Part shown: positions 57,057-64,000 of the stretch, one piece after another
Layout: every line of letters begins with the position of its first letter
How positions within the stretch are numbered: the stretch's first letter is position 1
Source of the DNA: a virus
Lineage: Duplodnaviria > Caudoviricetes
Reading direction: 5' to 3' (one strand)
Virus record (IMG/VR): IMGVR_UViG_3300033518_000398
Location: 14,764-78,763 of that record
DNA length: 64,000 nt
Made by a program: the position numbers and the translations under genes
The notes under the pieces: model-generated
Database searches by the model: none
The model's input: the letters and a program-made list of their open reading frames with translations, nothing else
What the model was told of the DNA's origin: nothing

Positions 57057-57663
57057 ATGAAAAAAGTTAAAAATAAACGACCCCCTCTTATCGGAGTTTC
57101 TGGTAAGGTGGGGTCGGGTTGAAGGCAAAGACACATTTGCTGACCTTTTTATCGAACATGTTCGTACTGAATACGGAATTGAGTTCGAAAATAAAAAATT
57201 TGCATATAATTTAAAGAAAATTGTTAGTGTATTAACTGGTGCAAGTATGGAAGACGTGCTATCACGAGAAGGTAAATTAAAATATTTACCTGAATGGGGC
57301 ATGACTATTGGCGAAATGCAGCAAAAAGTAGGCACAGAAGCAATACGAAATAATATTCATAATAATGCATGGGTGCTTTCATTATTTGGAACGTATAAAG
57401 AAGATGAAGATTTTTGGGTTGTTACTGATGTCAGGTTTAAAAATGAAGCTAAAATCATAAAAGAAAAGGGTGGAATAATAATAAGATTAAACGGTGACCC
57501 GTTGAATTCTAAAAAGAATGACAATCGAAATATGGAACATCAGTCAGAAATCGATTTAGATGATTATACTGATTTTGATTACGTATATGATAACGTACCA
57601 CCAATATCAAGTCTAACTGAATTTGTTAAAACAATTGCAAAAACACTTTTAAATGAAAAATAA
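57057..57663 (+). pseudogene. dNMP kinase with a frame disruption in the P-loop
   Basis: IGVSGKVGSG* then +1 frame GKDTF...MQQKVGTEAIR...VVTDVRFKNE; 7 extra nt. Confidence 0.7.
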
Positions 57664-58168
57664 ATCACTGAAAATTGGATTAGATATTGATGGTGTTCTT
57701 GCTGACTTTACTGGTGCTTGGCATGAATTATATCCCGAAATTAGTCCAACCCCCTCAACATGGTATCTTGACCCAAAAATTGGTGAGAGATTTAAGGCAA
57801 TGCGTGAGGCAAATGCACTGGATGAATTTTATTTAAACATTAAACCATTAATAAATCCAACAGATATTTCTTTTGAACCACATTGTTATATTACATCAAG
57901 ACCAGTTTCAAAAGAAATTAGTGAACAATGGTTAAGTAAAAACGGATTTCCGAAAAAACCTGTGTTTAGTCTTAATATCAGAGAAAGTAAAGTAGATGCA
58001 GCAAAAAATGCTGGAATCGGGGTATTTATTGATGATTTTTATGAAAACTTTATTGAGCTTAATACCAACAACATATTTACATTTTTATATACCGCATCTT
58101 GGAATGTACAATATGAAGTTGGACACATGCGACTCAACTCATTGAAAGACATTCCATTACTTAAATAA
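57653..58168 (+). CDS. HAD-family 5'(3')-nucleotidase-like protein
   Basis: LDIDGVLADF (DxD), YITSR, FIDD. Confidence 0.8.
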   Translation: MKNKSLKIGLDIDGVLADFTGAWHELYPEISPTPSTWYLDPKIGERFKAMREANALDEFYLNIKPLINPTDISFEPHCYITSRPVSKEISEQWLSKNGFPKKPVFSLNIRESKVDAAKNAGIGVFIDDFYENFIELNTNNIFTFLYTASWNVQYEVGHMRLNSLKDIPLLK

Positions 58169-58227
58169 TAAATTTGCATTATTTTTGTTGTGTTATTCAA
58201 CTAACTACTGTTTTTGAGTATTTATAG

Positions 58228-58866
58228 TTGTATAATATAAAAGATATGGGAAATATTTTAAACGATATTGTTGAAGAGGTTAACATTAAGCCAAATAAAA
58301 ACAAGCTTGTACTTAAGTGGGTTATTAGTATTGCTGGTGGTTTAATTACAATTGCTTTTGTATTTGGGCAATTTAAAGCATCATTCTTTAATAGAATGGA
58401 TAAGTTTGAGACTACTGTAAATAGAAATACTGTGGCAATTAATGAGTTAAAATATGAAATGAGTGCGAGATTTGTTAAAATATACGAAGATGGATACAGT
58501 ATATTTGATGATTTTCAAGAATATAATAATAAACAACTCACATTAATTGTTGACTATGGTAGTACTAATAAAGATTTGTTGAAAAGAGTTTTAGAAGTTA
58601 ATTCCATAGAAAAAAATAAAAACATTGAAAATCAGATACAATCAGCAATGAACGAAAATGTGTCAGGAACTGCTGAACCCCAAACAATGGAATATGTTAA
58701 TTTAATTAAAATTATGCCTAATAATAGTAAGGATACTACCTTTATTGTGAAAGGTGCTACAGAAAATTTTGTGAATAAAATTGATATTAATAGATATGAA
58801 ATTGTTAAAAGAATTACCAATGTTGACAACCCGATGTTAATTGATATATCCTATAAGAATAGATAA
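58228..58866 (+). CDS. Membrane-anchored coiled-coil protein
   Basis: One TM; late motif upstream suggests the start may be about 58255. Confidence 0.65.
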   Translation: MYNIKDMGNILNDIVEEVNIKPNKNKLVLKWVISIAGGLITIAFVFGQFKASFFNRMDKFETTVNRNTVAINELKYEMSARFVKIYEDGYSIFDDFQEYNNKQLTLIVDYGSTNKDLLKRVLEVNSIEKNKNIENQIQSAMNENVSGTAEPQTMEYVNLIKIMPNNSKDTTFIVKGATENFVNKIDINRYEIVKRITNVDNPMLIDISYKNR

Positions 58867-59183
58867 TGAATACACACACCGAAAATTATACTAAAGAAAG
58901 ATTTTTAAAATTTCTTGAAAAAAATAGTGTTAATGATATAATAATTAGTAGATTTGTAAAATTACCTAAAACTGTTCAACGAAGTGGAAGTATTTTCAAA
59001 TTAGATATTAACACAACGTGGTATCCTGACGGTGATACTCACTATAATTTTGAATTAAATTATTATTCAGAAGAACTTGTTGAATATCGTTTTAGTTCAA
59101 AAGTTTTTGGAGATGTTGAAGAAAGTATCAATTATCTACTTTGTGAGTTAATGATTAATAAACTAATTGAAGGAAGTTGTTGA
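58866..59183 (+). CDS. Hypothetical protein
   Basis: 105 aa ORF. Confidence 0.6.
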   Translation: MNTHTENYTKERFLKFLEKNSVNDIIISRFVKLPKTVQRSGSIFKLDINTTWYPDGDTHYNFELNYYSEELVEYRFSSKVFGDVEESINYLLCELMINKLIEGSC

Positions 59184-59845
59184 TGAAATTGATAATTATC
59201 TCGGACACCCACAATAAGCATAAGCATTTGGGTAAGTTACCTGAAGCTGATGTTATTATTCATTGTGGTGATATGACCTCAATGGGTAGAGAACATGAAA
59301 TCCGTGATTTCATGAAATGGTACTCCAATTTAGAACAATTTAAGTATAAAATTTGTTGCGCTGGAAATCATGACTGGCTCTTTGAAAGAGCGGGAATTCA
59401 TGCAAGAAGTTTAGTTCCTAAAAACGTGATTTATCTTCAAGACCAAGAAGTTGTCATTGAAGGCATTAAGTTCTATGGAACACCAGTTAATTTACCATTT
59501 TTTGATTGGGCGTTTAATCGTCCAGAAGAAAAACTTGTACAACACTGGCAAGCAATTCCTGATGACACAGATGTACTCATCACACATCAGCCACCATTCG
59601 GAATTATGGACTGGAGCGTGTATGATAAGAAAGCCACTGGTTCACCAAGTCTATATAAAGAAGTGTTAGAACGAATCAAGCCATCACTACACGTGTTTGG
59701 TCATATCCACTCTGGACATGGGGTTAAAGTCATTGAAGACACCACATTTATTAATGCCAGTAATCTTGATGAAGATTATATGTGCGTCTATGACCCAATA
59801 CTTGTCGAGTTGGTTGATGGAAATGTTACAATTCTTAATCAATAA
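59177..59845 (+). CDS. Calcineurin-like metallophosphoesterase
   Basis: SDTH, HCGD, AGNHD, LITH, VFGHIH. Confidence 0.9.
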   Translation: MLMKLIIISDTHNKHKHLGKLPEADVIIHCGDMTSMGREHEIRDFMKWYSNLEQFKYKICCAGNHDWLFERAGIHARSLVPKNVIYLQDQEVVIEGIKFYGTPVNLPFFDWAFNRPEEKLVQHWQAIPDDTDVLITHQPPFGIMDWSVYDKKATGSPSLYKEVLERIKPSLHVFGHIHSGHGVKVIEDTTFINASNLDEDYMCVYDPILVELVDGNVTILNQ

Positions 59846-59920
59846 ATAATTATTTTTTACTTTTCGAATAATATCTTCTATTTATGGGTAAAATTATATA
59901 AATATAATAAATTTACTTAC

Positions 59921-60268
59921 ATGAATATGAATATCAACGAATTATTTGAATACATACAAGAAAGATTTATCCCAGAAGACTTAAGTGGCGAATTTCAACT
60001 ACATGGCAATTGCATTATTTGGACATTTAATCTCGATAATAATGTCGAAGAATTACCAAATTATCCCCGTCACGATGACGAGGACAATGACGAGGAAGTA
60101 TTGCAGTTTGATTTCGAATCATTAAGCTCAGAAGAAATACTACAAGAAGCATACGACCACGATAAAGAAAAGATTGAAGAAATGCTCGACCTTCTTGATG
60201 AATCAGACAATTGGTCATTCAGCGAATCAGACATCAATGAAAACGTAATTTCTTTCAAGATATTCTAA
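59921..60268 (+). CDS. Acidic hypothetical protein
   Basis: 115 aa ORF. Confidence 0.65.
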   Translation: MNMNINELFEYIQERFIPEDLSGEFQLHGNCIIWTFNLDNNVEELPNYPRHDDEDNDEEVLQFDFESLSSEEILQEAYDHDKEKIEEMLDLLDESDNWSFSESDINENVISFKIF

Positions 60269-60320
60269 ATTTTTTGTAACATATTGGATTAGTTTTCGTA
60301 TTATTGCAAAAACAAATCCT

Positions 60321-61355
60321 ATGGGCGGTAAAGCATTAAATAGATTCGGTGTATTCACCGAAAGAAAAAACACTGAAGAATTTCTGAGAATCGGAGAAGA
60401 AATTCAAGAATCACTATACGTTTATTTGTCAAAACAATACGGTGTTCATATTGAAACTCACGTTGTCACTTGTTATCGAAACAAAGCTGACCACGGTGAT
60501 TTGGATTTGCTTATAAAGATAACTCCAGAAATGAATATTGATTATAGGAAAGAAATTGAATTATTTTTTCTTCCCAATGCAATCAATTCTAATGGTGGTG
60601 TATATTCTTTCGACTTTCAAGGATTTCAAATTGATTTTATTCCAGTTCCTGAATCTAAGTGGGAAACCGCAAAGACTTATTATTCATATGACCCACTTGG
60701 TAATATTATGGGTAAAACCTTTCACAAGTTCGGGTTATCATATGGATGGGAAGGTTTGTTCTATAAGTTCAGAAACTTTCATGGTAGTAATTCTAAAGAT
60801 ATTCTGCTTACTAATGATGCAAGAAAAATCTTTGCATTTGGTGGATATGATTATGACAGATACCTAAAGGGTTTTGACACTCTGGAAGAAATCTTTAACT
60901 TCTGTATTGATAGTAAATATTTCGATGCAGAAATGTTTCAAATGGAAAACCTTAAGAGTATTGATAAAAAAAGAAATCGTAAAAGGGGTTCATATCATTT
61001 GTTTTTGAACTATTTGAAGGATAATAATATCAATACTAAATATCCTTTTGAGAAAGAGAAACATACCTATCTTCCAATGATTGCTGAATATTTTATTGAA
61101 TCTGGACTCAGAATACAATTAGCTAAATTGCAAGAAGAAGATAGACAAAACAAAATCATATCACAAAAGTTTAATGGCGATATGGTAATGCAATGGTTGC
61201 CAAATCTTCAAGGTAGGGAATTGGGTGCTGCAATGTCAAAATTTAAAAATACATTCAATGACGAAAATTTCAATTATTACATTCTCCATAGTAGCTATGG
61301 TGATATTAAAAACTTTTTTATGTTAGTATATAATGATAGACTTGAGCAAAAATAG
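60321..61355 (+). CDS. Nucleotidyltransferase-fold protein
   Basis: KADHGDLDLLI (DxD), FQIDFI. Confidence 0.7.
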   Translation: MGGKALNRFGVFTERKNTEEFLRIGEEIQESLYVYLSKQYGVHIETHVVTCYRNKADHGDLDLLIKITPEMNIDYRKEIELFFLPNAINSNGGVYSFDFQGFQIDFIPVPESKWETAKTYYSYDPLGNIMGKTFHKFGLSYGWEGLFYKFRNFHGSNSKDILLTNDARKIFAFGGYDYDRYLKGFDTLEEIFNFCIDSKYFDAEMFQMENLKSIDKKRNRKRGSYHLFLNYLKDNNINTKYPFEKEKHTYLPMIAEYFIESGLRIQLAKLQEEDRQNKIISQKFNGDMVMQWLPNLQGRELGAAMSKFKNTFNDENFNYYILHSSYGDIKNFFMLVYNDRLEQK

Positions 61356-62220
61356 AATCAGAAATAATATATTAAAAGTCGGTAGTAAAAATCTCAATGC
61401 AGAAAATTGGGAGGTTTATCATCCCAATGGAACTCATATGTTTACTTGTGGTGAGAAAAAAGCTACTTGGTATCTGGAAAGAAATCTTGCTACAAGAACT
61501 GATGATGGTAAAATTATGTTGACCTTTGAACCCAAAGGAAATGGTTTCGAATCCAATGAAATATTTGGTAAGAGTATTCGTGAGGCAATATGTGTTGTTA
61601 CTGGTCTTGAAGAAGGTCTGCAACGACATCATATTGTTCCTTATTGTTATAGAACCCACTTACCAGAAGCATTTAAATCGAAGAATCATCATGATGTTGT
61701 TTTGATTAATCATGGAAAACATTCTGAATATGAACAACTGGCAACCCAATATAAAGATGAAGTCGCTGTGATGTTTGGTGTTAAAACAATTCAAGAACTC
61801 AATATTGAATATACTCGAAAATTGCGTGAAATTGGTAGAGATAATGCAATATTAATTAACAATATATTATCAATATTTAAAACCTATGGTAGAATATCAG
61901 AAGAAATTAAATTGAAGAAACTTCAACAAATTTCAATAGAATCTGGAATTCCATTTGAAACAATTTGTAGTTATAATTATATTCAATTATACAAATTGTA
62001 TGATTTATTAAGAGAAGTACATGTAAAAAATCAGTACGAATTTAAGGTAAAATATCGAAAAGAATTTGACCACGGGTATCATGTAGTTAAGCAATTGGAT
62101 AGTGAAGAAAAAATTAAAAACTTCGTTAAGTTATGGAGAAATCATTTTATTGACACCATGCAACCCCAATTTATGCCAATTGGATGGTCAATTGATTTTA
62201 GAATAAAAACAAAAATATAA
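61333..62220 (+). CDS. HNH-like protein resembling the EXD2 C-terminal domain
   Basis: FTCGEKKATWYL...TFEP...ICVVTG...RHHIVPYCYR...KSKNHHDVVL. Confidence 0.6.
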   Translation: MIDLSKNRIRNNILKVGSKNLNAENWEVYHPNGTHMFTCGEKKATWYLERNLATRTDDGKIMLTFEPKGNGFESNEIFGKSIREAICVVTGLEEGLQRHHIVPYCYRTHLPEAFKSKNHHDVVLINHGKHSEYEQLATQYKDEVAVMFGVKTIQELNIEYTRKLREIGRDNAILINNILSIFKTYGRISEEIKLKKLQQISIESGIPFETICSYNYIQLYKLYDLLREVHVKNQYEFKVKYRKEFDHGYHVVKQLDSEEKIKNFVKLWRNHFIDTMQPQFMPIGWSIDFRIKTKI

Positions 62221-62275
62221 AATACTTGCATCTGTCATAAATTATACATAATATTGCATTATTAAATTCAATCAT

Positions 62276-62770
62276 ATGAAACTATACAAAGCATTAAAAT
62301 TAAGAAAAAATTTGGTTGGTGAAATCACTAAATTAAAACAACAAATCAAGGAAAAAAATTCCTATCTTGAGGGTTCAAAAAATGGTGAAAAGTTCGATGT
62401 GAATCAAGCATATGAAAAACTTCTAACTAAAATTGAAGAACTCACTGCATTAAAATTCGTCATAAATGAAGCTAATCGTGAAATTCAATCCAAAATATAT
62501 GTGCTTGGTGAATGCAAAGCACTTATTGCTTTCTGGAATGAAGTTAGTGTTGTAGAAGGAACACAAGTCGCTGGATATTCAGATAAGGTTCAGAATTACG
62601 TAGTTCAATTTGATGAAGCGAAGCGTAATGAAATCGTTACTGGATTCCAAAAAAGAGTCAATGCACTTCAAGATGAACTTGATGGGTATAATTTTACCAC
62701 TGAAATTCCTTGGGGTGATATGACAGAAGAAGAAATTCAATCCACAGAAAAACCTGATTTCGAAGTATAA
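62276..62770 (+). CDS. DIP1984-like coiled-coil protein
   Basis: MKLYKALKLRK...INEAN...LQDELDGYN. Confidence 0.6.
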   Translation: MKLYKALKLRKNLVGEITKLKQQIKEKNSYLEGSKNGEKFDVNQAYEKLLTKIEELTALKFVINEANREIQSKIYVLGECKALIAFWNEVSVVEGTQVAGYSDKVQNYVVQFDEAKRNEIVTGFQKRVNALQDELDGYNFTTEIPWGDMTEEEIQSTEKPDFEV

Positions 62771-62953
62771 TAATATTGGGGTGTGTTCGAGTATTTAAGA
62801 AATGTGATTCTACAGACAAATTGTATTGATAGAGATTGGAATGTTCAAAATTTCTGCTATTCATGCTATAAAAACTTAAGAATAAAGAGTTAAGACTCAT
62901 TTACTTTCACAATTTCTTTAAGAAAGAGACACACCCCTTTTAAATAAAAATAA

Positions 62954-64000
62954 ATGAAAAACATACAATTTAAATTCGACTTTGATGATATTCTAATTAT
63001 TCCAAGCACTAAAACACATGTTTCCAGTAGATATAAAGACATAACATTACCTAAAAATCTTCCATTGTTTACAGCACCTATGGATACTGTTGTTAATCTT
63101 GATAATATGGATTATTTTATATCACAAGGAATTAATGTCACGTTACCAAGAACTATTAGTTATAAGCAATTTATTGATTCTGCATGTTTTGATTTAGATT
63201 GTGAAAAAACATATAAAAATGTTTTTGTTAGTTTTGGCTTTGAAGACCTTGATGCTTTCTATAAGAATAATTTCAAAGACCTACATGCCGATGCACATAT
63301 TCTTATTGATGTAGCTAATGGTCATATGCAAAAAATTGTTGACTATTGTCGTGAAATAAAAAGACTAAGACCTGATATAATTATCATGGTGGGTAATATT
63401 GCTAATCCAGAAACTTACTGGTGGTATGCTGAAAACGATTGTGTTGATTACATCAGAATAGGTATTGGCAATGGTAATGGTTGTCTGACCACTAAACAAA
63501 GTGGTATTGGTCATCCAATGGCTTCACTTATACATGAAGTATATGAGCAAAAACAAAAATTCATAAAATACAATACCCCTGATAGTAAAGACCCTTCACA
63601 AGCACGTGTTATGCCTGAAGAAAAACGACAACCAGTTAAACACATACCAGCAATTGTTGCCGATGGTGGTATGAAAGATTATTCAGATATTATTAAGTCT
63701 TTAGCTTTGGGTGCAGATTATGTAATGGTTGGTTCAATATTTAATAAAGCATTCGAAAGTTCAGCAGACATGTATTTATGGGGGATGAAAATTGAAAACA
63801 GAAAATCTGCAAAATATTTTTTTGATAGGGGAATGCCAGTTATGAAACATTTCAGAGGTATGAGTACTAAGGAAGCACAAAAAGCGATGGGAAAGACCGT
63901 TTTTAAGACATCTGAAGGTGTTGTGAGGTTTAGACGGGTAGAATATCATCTTAGTGGTTGGGTTGAAAATTTCGAGCATTATCTTAGAAACGCAATGAGT
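62954..64000 (+). CDS. guaC: GMP reductase/IMPDH-family protein (partial, runs off window)
   Basis: Hand-translated FDFDDILIIP, APMDTV, IDVANGH, RIGIGNGNGCLT (catalytic Cys), IVADGG, FRGMST; no CBS insert. Confidence 0.75.
   Translation, partial: MKNIQFKFDFDDILIIPSTKTHVSSRYKDITLPKNLPLFTAPMDTVVNLDNMDYFISQGINVTLPRTISYKQFIDSACFDLDCEKTYKNVFVSFGFEDLDAFYKNNFKDLHADAHILIDVANGHMQKIVDYCREIKRLRPDIIIMVGNIANPETYWWYAENDCVDYIRIGIGNGNGCLTTKQSGIGHPMASLIHEVYEQKQKFIKYNTPDSKDPSQARVMPEEKRQPVKHIPAIVADGGMKDYSDIIKSLALGADYVMVGSIFNKAFESSADMYLWGMKIENRKSAKYFFDRGMPVMKHFRGMSTKEAQKAMGKTVFKTSEGVVRFRRVEYHLSGWVENFEHYLRNAMS

Noticed and set aside
295-63979. Many short overlapping ORFs in the track (e.g. 295..624, 6858..7091, 14988..15473, 26646..27041, 30092..30316, 39017..39349, 63776..63979)
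   Set aside because: They are antisense or off-frame shadows of real genes or RNA genes, without promoter motifs or family signatures.
1-64000. Alternative genetic code (stop-codon recoding, as in some gut jumbo phages)
   Set aside because: Long ORFs are intact under code 11, TAG and TGA end genes at sensible places, and no CUA/UCA/UUA suppressor tRNA was found.
1-64000. CRISPR array
   Set aside because: No regularly spaced 25-45 nt repeats with unique spacers; the repeats found are in-frame coding repeats.

Overview
This is a 64-kb segment of an AT-rich jumbo/huge myovirus with T4-like morphogenesis genes, most likely infecting Bacteroidota. Host evidence: TAnnTTTG promoters, A-rich translation starts without Shine-Dalgarno, a Bacteroidota-like NrdJ and a PID-CTERM protein. 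The left third is virion genes: a hub-like protein with a C-terminal GH25 lysozyme, portal, a large terminase broken into two genes by an atypically split intein, and a family of putative internal head proteins sharing an N-terminal leader. The middle and right hold about 23 intact tRNAs plus remnants, a tmRNA, a candidate miniature RNase P-like RNA, several homing endonucleases, Rnl1-type RNA ligase, intein-containing NrdJ and nucleotide-metabolism genes. Main discovery: four tRNA clusters are each preceded by a promoter, a short leader ORF, an 8-bp antiterminator and an intrinsic terminator. Each leader is enriched in codons for the amino acids of the tRNAs downstream (Pro/Gln/His; Trp/Asp/Glu; Tyr/Lys; Ser/Asn/Ile/Gly/Cys). 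This looks like ribosome-stalling attenuation that switches on phage tRNA genes when the matching charged tRNA runs out. All calls were made by eye; no searches or folding programs were run.
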